Origin: Podarcis muralis
Lineage: Eukaryota
NCBI RefSeq assembly: GCF_964188315.1
Contig: NC_135656.1
Location: 35,402,001-35,466,000 of the forward strand
Reading direction: 5' to 3'
DNA length: 64,000 nucleotides
The notes under the pieces were generated by a model. That model made no database searches, was not told where the DNA came from, and worked only from the letters and a program-made list of their open reading frames with translations. Shown piece by piece: positions 38,001 through 49,106 of the stretch (the first letter of the stretch is position 1; each line of letters begins with the position of its first letter). The position numbers were made by a program, and so were the translations under genes.

Positions 38001-38477
38001 TGAGTTCTCCTGGAGGTGCCTGATTTCCTCTCGGAGTCTGGCTGCTTGGGCATCTAGGCTTGGGTCTTTCTCTATCTTAGTAATTTCTTTTGTAAGCAGC
38101 TGAGCTTTAACAACCTTACTATCTTTCTCCATTTGGAGGACCTTATTGTTCATTATCTCAATATCTGCCTGTAGACCCCTTCTCTTCTTAATTTCATTCT
38201 CAATTTGATTAGATATTTTGGACAGGTCACTCTCCAGAGTGGGATCCCTGTAGTATTCCATCACTTCTTTCTCCTCCACTCTTTCAATAGGCCGTTGGGT
38301 CTTCAGCATGAGAAGTTTGCTCCTCTGCTCTTCCAGCTGCTGCTGAGCCCTGGCTTTCTTGCTCCGTTCCTCTTCCAGCTGAGATTTTAGGGCTTCTGAT
38401 TCTCTATGGGACCCAGCTGTGTTTTCAGACCGCTGGGTCTGCTCGTGCATCATGTGCACTGTCTCATCTACTTCCTT
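35061..38477 (-). CDS. EVPL: EVPL terminal exon 22 (coiled-coil rod, linker, plakin repeat domain)
   Basis: 1139 codons including stop; KEVVxxEKDP rod repeats, ETNLSTKISILDPETGKDMSPYEAYKRG linker, LLEAQAATGGIVD plakin repeats; acceptor ttctgcag at 38478. Confidence 0.97.
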   Translation of the reverse strand, partial: KEVDETVHMMHEQTQRSENTAGSHRESEALKSQLEEERSKKARAQQQLEEQRSKLLMLKTQRPIERVEEKEVMEYYRDPTLESDLSKISNQIENEIKKRRGLQADIEIMNNKVLQMEKDSKVVKAQLLTKEITKIEKDPSLDAQAARLREEIRHLQENSTSSSELERLRKELHLLEQMQPNIREKVVLKEVVKLEKDPEMLKAVRTLQMQIDEDSFKRKSLVDTIAKLKSRTEELEKLIETAEPKVIVKEVKQVEQDPELLKEASKLQTLIDEERSKNSLLASQLIELQSKYSTVEKQKPKVEIKERVNEIFRLDPETEEEIARLKKELQEASRKRSRVDQEVERALTELKVLKSQPPTVEFKEVIEEVVKMEKSPEILREIDRLKQQLNDLVNTNGRSQEQLIRLQGERDEWKRERSKVETKLVTKEVVRYEKDPLLEREAERLRQEVRNVSQKRRATEDAIYDLQNKYMLLERRKPEEKVVVQEVVLTQRDPKLRDEHSRLSKSLDDEVSNRRRLEREVQQLRAAVEEKEKLLNFQEDRNKRLALEKEMRQITLRIKEIEESPAPVQEKIITEEVVKVEKDPVLEQSSTNLRIELDNEKAQISSLQRECKKLQSQIDVLQKTKSQEKTIYKEVIRVEKDKVLENERARLWDLLSRERTARQNAEEDIRRLKEKIERAEGMTRTWSKEEADLQRTRNLTRQEKDNLENELNELERQKQQKILFLREQTKLLSQRTENDRQKKMQIGQELSSLEADILREKDQIYEKERAIRELQTRVNKEELNHETQMRETNLSTKISILDPETGKDMSPYEAYKRGMIDRSQYIQLQELECDWEEITTLGPKGDVSVLLDKKSGKQYSIDDALRFRRITKEEYQLYKEGKIPISEFALLVAGETKQNSSLSIGSIISKSPVSSPVFQQKQSFFPPGVQITFCDDTFPIAGVYDTTSDNKYNIKSALSKKLVDPMTAQKLLEAQAATGGIVDLISRDRYSVHKAIDRGLIDNTYMQRLLNAQKAFTGIEDPVTKRRLSIGEAVQKGWMTKDNAFPYLQVQHLTGGLIDPKKTGRIPVPEASQAGMLSSDLAMMLQDESSYEKDLVDPITKEKINYKEAMARCRKDPLSGLLLLPTTSDGYQSYQFRH

Positions 38478-38951
38478 CTGCAGAAATGAAGAAAATGAAT
38501 CTTTAGAAAGACAAGCCAAAATGACTCCCAATGTAAACTTTTACACTGCTGCCTATATGGATATGTGGCGGTAGGACTTTAGTTATCTAGCGAACAAGTT
38601 TAATAGTGTGGTAAAGAGAAAGACAGAGACAAAACATTGCACAGGCAAACACACCCATTGAGGGAGTGTAGCAGTGATGGTGAGAGGTGAGGAAGGGTGT
38701 GGCTAAAGAAGAGGTGTGGCCTGCAGAGATTCCTGGAGGCCACATTCAGTCCCTGGGCTTGAGGTTCCCCATCCCTGCAGTAGAGCATGTCAGAATGACA
38801 GCAACTCAAGGCAGTATCCTGGCAGGTTTTGGTATGAAACACCAAGAAATCTTCCTTCTTATTTGCTCCCAGGAGAAGCTAATTGCACTAACTGAAAGTT
38901 ATGGTTATTTATCTATGCACTATCATTTAACCTAATATGATTTACATATAC

Positions 38952-39044
38952 CTTGTCCATAACTTTCTTGGCAAATTCCAGCCGGCTGACTTGCTCTTTG
39001 TTTTGGGCAGCTGTCTCGGTGAAGAGCTTTGTCACGTTTTTTTC
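38952..39044 (-). CDS. EVPL: EVPL exon 21 (93 nt)
   Basis: EKNVTKLFTETAAQNKEQVSRLEFAKKVMDK; AG/GT flanks, phase 0. Confidence 0.93.
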
Positions 39045-39745
39045 CTAAAGAGAATGAGCAAAACGCATTATTTTAAGATACCACATCACTTTGTCCTGCT
39101 GCTGTTTCCCTTCTAGTTCAAGGCTGTCAACATCTGCCAGGCTACAGTACTGAACAAACAACACTGTATGGAAACTATAAATGGGGCCTGCTGTTTAACT
39201 GAGATCAGGAATGGGAATGTTACCAGTGGGAGCATTTCTTGCTTTCTTTAAACTGTAAGAGTGTGCTTTGTCAGTTTTCTTCCCTCTTCTACTTGCATTC
39301 AAACAGGCACTCCTTGATCCTTCTCCTTTTATTTTATTTTATTTTTATGTGACACACTGTGATGATACATGTGTTAGAAAAGTCTAGGTATAGAGGAATT
39401 TGCATCGCAGGAATAAGTAGAAGATAATCACCAGCCAATTCTAAGCCTCTTATCAGCCATTAGGGCTACTGGACAATTTTCTCTTTTTAGCTTTGTGAAT
39501 CAATATTTATCCTGTAGTTTCCTATGAAATGCATTGCTTTTGATGCTCCCCCCCCCCCCACAACCAATCCAAACAGAGAAAAACAACAGCCTAGCTGCAT
39601 ATTAAGGCTGTAGTGTATATACTGCCAAGATGCCACAATACTTTGTTCTGAGATTTTCTAAACTGCTTCAAGAGTGTAACCAGTTGATTAGGAGGGGTAG
39701 AAATTTTATATAAAGAAATCTGGGTCCAGGGTCCCAAGCTCTCAC

Positions 39746-39856
39746 CTGTGCTTGGATGCTCTCCTGAAGTGGTGTGACCCGGAGGCGTTTTGCTGAAGAA
39801 GCAGTCAACGAAGGGTCTAGGGAGGATCGGTATTTTCCTGCCTGAAGCTCATACTC
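39746..39856 (-). CDS. EVPL: EVPL exon 20 (111 nt)
   Basis: EYELQAGKYRSSLDPSLTASSAKRLRVTPLQESIQAQ; AG/GT flanks. Confidence 0.94.
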
Positions 39857-39954
39857 CTGTTGTTAAAAGAAAAAAGGATGTGGTCAAAGGAAGATCAGAC
39901 TGGTTCAGCCAACAGAAAATGGAAAACGTATAGAAAGAAACCCTGCAAACATAC

Positions 39955-40038
39955 ATTGAGGACCGTCTGCACGTTCTGGGACAAGTTGACCACAGCATCC
40001 TTGTCAGATTCTTTACTCTGGATTTCATCTGCCAGCCT
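39955..40038 (-). CDS. EVPL: EVPL exon 19 (84 nt)
   Basis: RLADEIQSKESDKDAVVNLSQNVQTVLN; AG/GT flanks. Confidence 0.92.
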
Positions 40039-40334
40039 CTGCAGGAGCAAAAGGCAGTTAGGACAAGAAAGCACCAGCGGTCTCCCTGGTGCTTAATAAA
40101 CAACAAGCATTATAATGTTCCTGCCCTGAAAGTTCCTGCTTTCAGTCTAGGTGGGTGGGTGAGCTGGGTTACCTCATCCTCCACTGTGGTGAGTTTGGTT
40201 ACATCAGTCTGTCAGTAAGACTGCAGAACTACCTAGCATTGGCCGCCTCAAGGAGCCATCATTTCCCTTTCTGAGGGTGTTGTGACCTTGAAATTGCAAC
40301 ACCTTTCTTTGGGTGAAGATACCACACTGCTCAC

Positions 40335-40485
40335 CTTCTGGGCCTGGAGCTTGTAGTTGACCTGGCTGGGTCCATCTGTGGTCTTGACCTGGTACTTGGG
40401 AACATTGTTGAGCCAGAACATTAGGTTCTCATTGGCATTTTGGAACTGTTGGTAGGTGAGGCTGGTGTTCCGGAGAATCTTCTCC
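40335..40485 (-). CDS. EVPL: EVPL exon 18 (151 nt)
   Basis: EKILRNTSLTYQQFQNANENLMFWLNNVPKYQVKTTDGPSQVNYKLQAQK; AG/GT flanks. Confidence 0.95.
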
Positions 40486-40769
40486 CTGTGCAAAGAACGG
40501 AGACACTGATTAAGAAGAAGAAGCTTAGGTTGTGCCTGCTGTGGTTAAGAGAAAGTGCCTCATTCATTGACTGGAAGCATTCTGTCAAGTTACAAGAGGA
40601 AGGTTGATTCCTTTTGGTGAAAGACAAGGCTTTGCTTCTGGAAGATTGGATATATATAACTTTTAACCCAGCAGCCAGAGACTGGATAGAAAATGATGGG
40701 CTGGTCACTGAGAGGGAAGAGTGGCTACAAAATAGCTATCAGCTTTGCACGTTTTTCTTTAGTTCATTG

Positions 40770-42000
40770 ATCTCAGCCATGCTGCAAGGCACTATTTTGT
40801 CCCCAATGCTATTTAGCATCTATAATGAAGCCATTGGGAGCAGTTTTGTGGAGATTTGGCACACGGTATCTTCAGAATACAGATGACACTCAGCTCTATG
40901 TCTCTGCAACATCTGGATCAGAAGTGGGCATGTCAGTCCTATACCGATTGGCTGGATGAGGGCCAATAATCTGAAGCTAAATTCTGGCACTATGGGTGGG
41001 TGGTTCCAAGCTCCAGGAAATTGCCCATTTGCACTTCCTTTGAAGGAGCAGGTTCTTAGCTTGGGGGTAGTCATTGATGTACCTTTGTCATTAGAGGCCC
41101 CTGTTTTGACTGGTACACCAGCTGCAGCTTCTCCTCAACAGGGATAATTTGGCCACAGTGGTCCATGAACTGGTAACCTCAAGACTTGATGACTGCAGGT
41201 AATTACGCAGGTGGCGCTGTGGGTTAAACCACAGAGCCTAGGACTTGCCGATCAGAAGGTGGGCGGTTCAAATCCCCGCGACGGGGTGAGCTCCCGTTGC
41301 TCAGTCCCTGCTCCTGCCAACCTAGCAGTTCGAAAGCACGTCAAAGTGCAAGTAGATAAATAGGTACCGCTCTGGTGGGAAGGTAAACGGCGTTTCCATG
41401 CACTACTCTGGTTCGCTAGAAGCGGCTTAGTCATGCTGGCCACATGAGCCGGAAACTATACGCCAGCTCCCTCGGCCAGTAAAGCAAGATGAGCGCTGCA
41501 ACCCCAGAGTCAGCCACGACTGGATCTAATGGTCAAGGGTCCCTTTACCTTTTACTTTTATGTAGGGCTGTCCTTGAGGTTTGCTTGGAAGCTGCAGTGT
41601 ACAAAATGCTGCACCATTGCTGTCTGGAGCTAATCATTGCCAATGTATGACACCTGCTGAAGCTGGTGCACTAGCTGCTTATAAGCTACTGGGACAGGTT
41701 CAAGATGTTGCTATGTGTTTATAAAGCTCTAAACAACTTGGGACCTGGCTACTTGAAAGAATGTCTCTCTTCTTACACCCCCCACCTGGCCATTATGTTC
41801 CATGGCATAGAACCTCCTCGCGGTACGTAGAGCTCCTACTATTCATTTTGTCTCCTACAGCAGTAGGGCTTTCACTGTTGTGGCCCCTTTAATGTGGAAT
41901 TTGTTGCCATTGAGGAAAGGCACACTCTGGCAATGGACTCTCTCAAATGCCTCCATAAGATGTTTTTATTTCTCCAAGCCTTTTCTCCCTGATATTTTAA
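40770..42000 (+). mobile_element. Degraded L2 reverse-transcriptase fragment interrupted by a Sauria SINE
   Basis: QGTILSPMLFSIY motif, acagatgacactcagctctat (YADDTQLY-like), NNLKLN, and APLMWNLLP near the end. Confidence 0.75.
41205..41559 (+). mobile_element. Sauria SINE, second tail variant, inserted in an old L2
   Basis: Same head and body with a different 3' part (gcaaccccagagtcagccacgactgg) and ACCTTT tail; no clear TSD. Confidence 0.88.
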
Positions 42001-42029
42001 ATTATTGTCTTCTGCTCATTTTTTTAGTA

Positions 42030-42263
42030 CAGTGGTACCTTGGGTTACAGATGCTGCAGGTTACAGATGCTTCAGGTTACAGACTCTGCTAACCCAGAAA
42101 TAGTATCTCGGGTTAAGAACTTTGCTTCAGGATGAGAACAGAAATCATGCAGCAGCGGCAGCAGGAAACCCCATTAGCTAACGTGGTGCTTCAGGTTAAG
42201 AACAGTTTCAGGTTAAGAACAGACCTCTGGAACGAATTAAGTTCTTAAGCCGAGGTACCACTA
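42030..42263 (+). mobile_element. Tc1/mariner (Tigger-like) MITE, same family
   Basis: TA-CAGTGGTACC...GGTACCACTA-TA; internal ggttaagaac repeats shared with the 2037 and 59342 copies. Confidence 0.88.
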
Positions 42264-42452
42264 TATTGTACTGCACTTTTAATTTTCTTATTCCCGGTGT
42301 ATATTTATATGTTTTTATATCATCTTCGAGGGCAAAAAGAGACTGGAAGCCACCTGTTCCAAATCTGGCCTTAAGTTGGCTCGCAAGGCTGGATGTCCAG
42401 ATACACACAAACACTTTCCATGCCCACCAATGGAGAGGATTTGGCTTCTTAC

Positions 42453-42646
42453 CGGTGATCCAGCTGGTCAGCAACAGCATGATATCGGTCATTAAGTAGC
42501 TGGACCTCCTTTTTCTGCCTTGGCAGATCAGCGCAGTACTCTTCAAAATTGTTCTGCACTGCACTGCAGCTGTGCTCAGCATCCTTGAGGCTGCGGTTCA
42601 GCTTCAGCAAGCTGTCCTCATGTTTCACCAAATCTCGCATCAGTTT
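42453..42646 (-). CDS. EVPL: EVPL exon 17 (194 nt)
   Basis: KLMRDLVKHEDSLLKLNRSLKDAEHSCSAVQNNFEEYCADLPRQKKEVQLLNDRYHAVADQLDH; AG/GT flanks. Confidence 0.95.
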
Positions 42647-43086
42647 CTGTGAAAGAAAGAGACCATCCGTTCAGAACAGCAATTTTATTTCAACCTGTGG
42701 ATTAAAAAAAACCCTCCCGAAATCTCAGTCTGATTGCTTTCCTCGATCGTTTGGTCTTGAAGTGCCAAGCCTGTTTCTGCTAAGTGGAAGGAGACTGGTG
42801 TGGCGCTGAGCAGAAATGAAAAGCCAGGTATTGTTTGTAATTTAATTGCAAATCAATGGAACCAATGTGTGGCGAAGGAAAAAAAAGGACAAATAAATAG
42901 TTTCACTTGGGGTTTTAGCAAATGGAAAATGTTGCAGCCTCAGTTGGAAGTGAGCCTGGGAGATAAAATTCTCTGGTGGTTAGGGATAAGGGAAGCACTG
43001 GCCCAGAAGCACCCACAGAAAGAAAAGAAATACTCCGTCCTATCCCACCCTGTACCAATGTCCTTCTGATTCCAAAGGTCCCTCAC

Positions 43087-43225
43087 CTGAAGTTCATTGG
43101 CACGATCCTGCAGTGCATTAGGCGAGGCTGGGATGATGCCATCATGAGATAACTTGGCCTCAAGGGTGCTGATGATCTTGTCTGTGTTCTCTATCTGATT
43201 CTCCAGGTTCAGGCCTGCTTTGGCT
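43087..43225 (-). CDS. EVPL: EVPL exon 16 (139 nt)
   Basis: AKAGLNLENQIENTDKIISTLEAKLSHDGIIPASPNALQDRANELQ; AG/GT flanks. Confidence 0.94.
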
Positions 43226-43434
43226 CTGGAGAGGGGGAGACATTATAATGCCAAAAGACAACATTTCACTTCTAGGTTGTTTTCTTCAACACCACACCAA
43301 AGCAAAAAAAAAAGCGCTATATATTGTCCAGGTGAAAACATTTAAGATTTCATAGAAACATTTTGCAAGCTGCTGCCTCCTTTACACAGCAACAGAGTTC
43401 TATTCTCTGCCAAAATATTGCTGAAGTCACTTAC

Positions 43435-43613
43435 TTTTCCTCATAGAGCCTGGAGAGCACCTTAACATCATTGTATTTGTTCTTGATGCTGTTGAGTGTC
43501 ACAGGAAGCTGGGAGGCAGAGGTGCCAGCAGGCTTCTTGGAAAGATAGGCCTCACACTCCTTCTGGGCAGCTTCCTTTTCTGCTCCTATGACTTGAAGTC
43601 TCCTTGCTGTTCC
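43435..43613 (-). CDS. EVPL: EVPL exon 15 (179 nt)
   Basis: GTARRLQVIGAEKEAAQKECEAYLSKKPAGTSASQLPVTLNSIKNKYNDVKVLSRLYEE; starts in phase 0. Confidence 0.95.
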
Positions 43614-44160
43614 CTGATATAAAGGCGGATTTTATTTTTAATCAGTCAGTGAAATTCAATGTAATACAAGAGTCATTTACAAAGAGACCAGTTAGGGACA
43701 TAGGTCTCAACACCACCAGTGGATTTGAAGCCATTGGATTGACGTGTCTACATGGCCTATAAGCTTATAAGGTTTAATGATGCATCTAGCACCACTTTAA
43801 GACTTTTCCAGCCCAATGGAGTTAGGTCACCAGTCATATCTGGGAATACTGAGGCAATTATTTCATGAGCAACTCTCAACCACAGAACCTTCATAGATGT
43901 AGCCAAATATTTTAGTTATTTATCCACATCTTTGAGGAAAGCCGTAAAAAAAAAAAAAAGAGAGAGAACAGGCTAAAATTCATTCTACAAAATATTGAGG
44001 GGGTGGGAACGTGAAATGTACAGGCAGAAAAACAGCAGTAGAAACCTCTCTGCCCTGTGAAGGTGTTCATTCCCTTTAAAAATGAACAGGCTTATCAGAG
44101 GCACAAGTGAGCAGTCAAAACTTACCTCCTGCCACTTTACCAAAAAAAAGGGGGACTTGC

Positions 44161-44342
44161 CTCCTGCTCTCTGATCCGTTGAGTAAGGTCCTCTACAGGG
44201 TCACTGTGGTTTAGTGGAGACCTCAGGCGGCTGAAAATCTCATTCTTGACTTGGTCCAAGTTACCACCAACGTTATCCAGTTTATGGAGCAACTGGCCGG
44301 CTTGGGGATCATCCTGGGCCACAGTGGTGCTTCTGACTGGAA
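44161..44342 (-). CDS. EVPL: EVPL exon 14 (182 nt; GC donor)
   Basis: VPVRSTTVAQDDPQAGQLLHKLDNVGGNLDQVKNEIFSRLRSPLNHSDPVEDLTQRIREQE; the only frame-preserving donor is GAG|GCAAGT. Confidence 0.88.
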
Positions 44343-44618
44343 CTGAAATGACAAGTATTATTCAATAAAGCATGCAGATATTTGCATTTGTCCATGGGGA
44401 TAATTGCTATGCCTAAATGCCTCCTGTTCATCTTCTTCCACATCCACCCTGTAAGTTAAGCCTTCCCCTAGGATCTCTGATCCTTATGGATTCCTGCACA
44501 AGCAGAGACTGGGCAACTTGAAGGCCCATGGGGAAGAGAGGCGAGCACCTTAACCAACCCGTCACGCCACAATGGTATTGCAATTTCCCCTTAGAGAATG
44601 GCTGAAATGCTGACATAC

Positions 44619-44716
44619 CCTGGTGGCTGGATTTAACTGGTTCCCTATGGCTGCTTTTCAAGGTGTTCTGGACTGTAGCTCTCCTCTGCTTCACTGCGCT
44701 CAGCTCACCTTCCAGC
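44619..44716 (-). CDS. EVPL: EVPL exon 13 (98 nt)
   Basis: LEGELSAVKQRRATVQNTLKSSHREPVKSSHQ; AG/GT flanks. Confidence 0.92.
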
Positions 44717-45704
44717 CTGAACAAGACAGGAGGAAGTCAACGTTATTCACAGCCCAGGGCTTCCCTGCAACACTTGCCGTGTACACGAGGCAAGCTCAGA
44801 GAGACTGCCTCTTTCTAGTGGGGCATTAAGCAGGTCATTTTATTCCATATCAAGTATTTATATTGAAATAATTGTTGAAAAATAAATAAATAAATATCAG
44901 AGCAGGTTATGACAATCGTATATAAAACCAAACAGTAAAAATAATGTGAAATTTTAAAATCAGAGCTGCTTTGGTATTGCTGCCGCTCCAGTAACATCTG
45001 CAGTTAAACTACCTAGCTTGCAGGCGGGTAGTTGACATGGTAAGTGACTACATTAGTTGCCTGACCTGTGAGATTGCTTCCTATGGACATTAGCTGAGCT
45101 GTGTGTTTGAGAAGCATCCACACAGAAGTGGTCCCATGCTGTTTAAGTACCCCATGAATCGATTTCTGCTAGAGATTTCTCAGAAGATACTTTCCCATCA
45201 GCTTTTACTTTGACAAAGGCCAACGGGTACTTTCTAGGGTGTGTATTGTTTCCTTTGCCATGTTCACTCTGGAAAGTGTCTATGAGCCTTGCAGCAATTT
45301 ATACGTCTACCGTGGGTGCCCAAGCACCCACAAAATTCTCCATGAAGGGGCTGGGCACCCACAATTTTTAGCGCCAGGGCCGTGCACGCTGCATGGCACC
45401 CATGGCCCCAGGCACCCACAGTTGTGAGGCCAAGCTGGCACTCCTGCTTCTACTTCCCTCTGTCCAGTGCATATTATTATTATATATATACACACACACA
45501 TACACAGGCAGCAACCATTTTGCGCATGTCCAATTGACGCACGACCACCAATGTGCAGGACTTTTGGACCTGGAAAAGGGCAGAATGGGGATGGAGCCAG
45601 GGGAGGGGCGGGCTAATGTGCTCTCCACCAACATGCACAGGGCTCAGGAAAGGAATCCCCACACAAAATGGCTGCTGCCTGCTTGCTATTTTCCATCCTC
45701 TAAG

Positions 45705-45766
45705 CCAATCCATTGCCAGTCTCTCCTTAGTGGACCCAATCCATTGCCAGTCTCTCCTTAGTGGAC
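45705..45766. repeat. Perfect 31-bp tandem duplication
   Basis: ccaatccattgccagtctctccttagtggac x2. Confidence 0.9.
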
Positions 45767-47011
45767 TTATTCCGTGTGCAGGCCAACCAGGCATGCCCTG
45801 GATACTCTATTCCCACCCCTGCCCCACACCCAAACAGCCCGGCCACATTTTGTCCCCACTGAGTGTGCTCATTGAACTGATTTGGGGTTCTCACCCAGAG
45901 CTTTCTCAATGTTTTTATTTTATTTTTTTGTACTTCTCCAAACACTGGGGTTTCCTCAACCTTTCTGGTACCTCCCCCCTCTTGAGGATAGATTATGCTG
46001 TTTTAGCTACATAAATATCTTTACTTGGAAAACTGTTCCCTGAATGCTTTACAAAGATCAGTCTTAGATTCTGGTGGTTGTCTGCACTGTTTTGGAGTAA
46101 ATGTGGTATCCTGATAATGCCAAAAAAAAGAGAGAGTACTAATTAGAAAAGATAGCACGTATTTGCAGAGCCTTCAGTGGGAGAGGTGTAATCTACAAAG
46201 ACCAATTTGTTAAGGAGCTGGAAGGACATAAACTAATTAAAATTCCTGTTTCAGAGAGTCTCCTAAGCAACAAATGACATGAATAGTGTGTATTTTCGTG
46301 AGGAAAAATGAACAAGAGAAAAGGGAAATTGCTGCCATGATGCCCCTCCTAATTATGCACCACGGTCTTAAGGCTGATTCTCAGTGGTGACAATAATCAC
46401 ATTTTTAGCATATGTAGATGTGCAAGTTCCACTGGCAGGGCACTCATGCTTGCTAACATGAAAGCTTTATGGAGTGACTACTGATGCAGCACCCTGCATG
46501 AATTGCTGTCAAAATTATACACCACTTGATCGTAAAAAACAACAATTCTCCAAGTGATTATGGAAAGTCTATGTGTAGAGGCTACATGATACCACAAAAC
46601 CCGCACCTTAAACAACAGGCATATGGGAGCCTGAAAACCATTTCCATCCAGCAACATTTCACTACCATCATGAACCAGATCTTTTGCAGCTTCCGAGCAC
46701 ATGCAGACATAATACCCGCATGATAGAATGCCATTAAACCTCTTTTATAGAGAAGAACCTCTGATATGGGACAATTTCCAAAACCATGGTTCAACCCCAT
46801 CGTTTTTAAAGGTGTTTTGTGTTCTATACTGCCCTAATATTTTATGATATGGCATTATATAGTTTTATAAATAAATAAAAATAAAACCCGTATTCACCGA
46901 TTTTTAAAAATCACCAGTAATGAATAGATAGAAAATATGTTCTTATTGTTTGCGGCATGTGCACTGCTAGTGGTATACTCATGAGACAGAGAGAAAAAGC
47001 TTTGTACTCAC

Positions 47012-47166
47012 CTGTTAACTCTCTCTATGGCCTCTAGATCTGGAGGGGGGATGGAAAAGCAAACAGCAGGTGCTACCTTAGTCTCTCTACTGGCATTCTG
47101 CACGACCCAGTTTTCCTGGTTGCTGTTGTCATGCAACATATACTTCTCTCCCATCTCGAGCCGCCC
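47012..47166 (-). CDS. EVPL: EVPL exon 12 (155 nt, SH3-like part of the plakin domain)
   Basis: GRLEMGEKYMLHDNSNQENWVVQNASRETKVAPAVCFSIPPPDLEAIERVN; AG/GT flanks. Confidence 0.94.
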
Positions 47167-47957
47167 CTGGAAGGAAGGAAGACAGAAGGAAAGTTTTGGT
47201 TTTGAGAGAATTTCAAATATAGCCACCCTTTGCTAGAAAGACAAACTCAAGACATTGTTCAGATGTCACAAAATGTTGTTCTTTGTTTCTGCAGCTCAGA
47301 GGTGCCCTGGGTCTATTTTAGATGTTTGTACATGTACACATTTGGTGCCATTACTAAGAACAGAAGAAGAGCCCTGCTGCTGGATCAAACCAAAGACCTA
47401 TCTACACCAGCATCTTAAATCCCATAGTGGCCGACCAGATGTCTCTGGAAAGCCCATAAACAGAGCATTAGAGCAAAATCCCTCTCCTGTCCATAATTCC
47501 CAGAAACCAATATTCAGATACACTATCTCTGATTCTGATGATGGTATACAGCCACCATGACTAGTAGTCATTGTTAACTTTACCCTACTAGCCCCAAATG
47601 AGTGGAATGCCATATATAGTGATTTCCCTTAAACTCTGTCACTCTGGTATATCCTACAATAAAGGGATCAACTGTGTGGTGTCACACCTCCTCACTGTTT
47701 GTGGTGTGCTACAGATTGGTTGTTGCACTGTCTTAGGGATATCTGGGCATAGAGAACTCTCATACCACACTGTTCCTTTTTCAAACATGGCACCCAAATA
47801 CTTCACCGCTGCTTTTCCGTCTGCTTGATTTGATGCAGAAGTAGCAGCAAAAGGGAGATTAAAGCAACCTCTTCAGAAACAACAGTGAGGTACACGGTAC
47901 ACAATTTCAGAATAATCAGTTTCCATCACATATGATACGACAAGGCCATTTTCTTAC

Positions 47958-48104
47958 ATCACTCAAATCCCAGTCACAGATGGTAGTCACGGTAATTGGC
48001 TGGGAGGGTTGGAGTCTGCGGAGTTTCAAAGGGCTAATCTCCTTGCTCCTCCTTTTCAGTTCAGCAATGCTCCTCTCAGCTTGTTTCACAGACTTCTCAT
48101 CGTT
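47958..48104 (-). CDS. EVPL: EVPL exon 11 (147 nt)
   Basis: NDEKSVKQAERSIAELKRRSKEISPLKLRRLQPSQPITVTTICDWDLSD; AG/GT flanks. Confidence 0.94.
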
Positions 48105-48980
48105 CTAGACAGGAAAGAGGAGGAGAGAGTTCAGAGCTGGTGCGTATTTTGGGCAAATAACGCAGCCTAGAGCAGGACCAGAACAACTTGTGGCCCACTA
48201 AGCCATGCAGAGCCCCTCAGCCCTATACATTGGCCTGCTAGGTAGATGACAATTTTCCTGTTTTCAAAGATCTAGGCTAGTTAGCGAGCTCCCGGTGCTC
48301 TGCCATACATAGTTAGTGGAAAGCATTTTGTTTGATGGCCTGTAAGTTGTGTGGGCTGGGTGTTGATGGGGCTGGAGACCCTAATTTTGAGGATGTTGAT
48401 GGCACAATGACTTTTGTTCTGTCCACACATTCAGAAGAAAGCATGGAAGGGGGACTTGGATCATGTTTGCTGTCTCCATTCCTAAAATGCACATTAATCT
48501 GAAGGTCTGAAAGAGCTTGTGCATGCACAATTTGTACACATACTGCACAATCAGGAACTTTTCAAAAGGCACGTGATCTCACTGCTCAACCCAGGTCAGC
48601 CCTTCATCCATAATCTTCATCTGAACAGAACTTCTGTGTTTTATTAATTCTTATCTGGGGAGCAAAACCTTCTGGGAGAGAACCCAGTCACAAGGCACAG
48701 GAACTAGGTGCAGTTTCCCCCCCAGCAACTCATCTTCCCTCACCTCCTCCTTTCCCCTCTTATCTTAGCTTCTCTTCCCTCGATTTAATGAAGTGAATCA
48801 AGTCCACTTGTCCAATTTATAACTCCCAGGCTGTGCACCTAACTGAATTTAGATGAAGCCATAAAAATAATTAGATTTGGTTGCTGCAATAATCCAGGAG
48901 AGGCACGGTTGCTCCAGGCCAGTAATTAAAACGTAAGAACTTGTTGAAATCACGTCCCCATTCCCCCTTGTGGTTCTCAC

Positions 48981-49106
48981 TTCCAGCTGAAGGAATAAAT
49001 CAGACACCACTCCTGGGCTGTCCTTGTTGAACGTGCTGTATTTCGTATCAAGGTCATTGTTCAGCTTGTTTAGCGAATGGCTCACAGCATCAGCATCGTC
49101 ATAGAA
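48981..49106 (-). CDS. EVPL: EVPL exon 10 (126 nt)
   Basis: FYDDADAVSHSLNKLNNDLDTKYSTFNKDSPGVVSDLFLQLE; AG/GT flanks. Confidence 0.93.

Noticed and set aside
35599-38390. Series of plus-strand ORFs of 61-140 aa opposite EVPL exon 22
   Set aside because: Ser/Leu/Phe-rich shadows of a Glu/Lys-rich coiled-coil sequence; no independent gene signals
38478-38531. N-terminal MGVILACLSKDSFSSFLQ of the 1156-aa ORF
   Set aside because: Intronic read-through upstream of the exon 22 acceptor, not a real start
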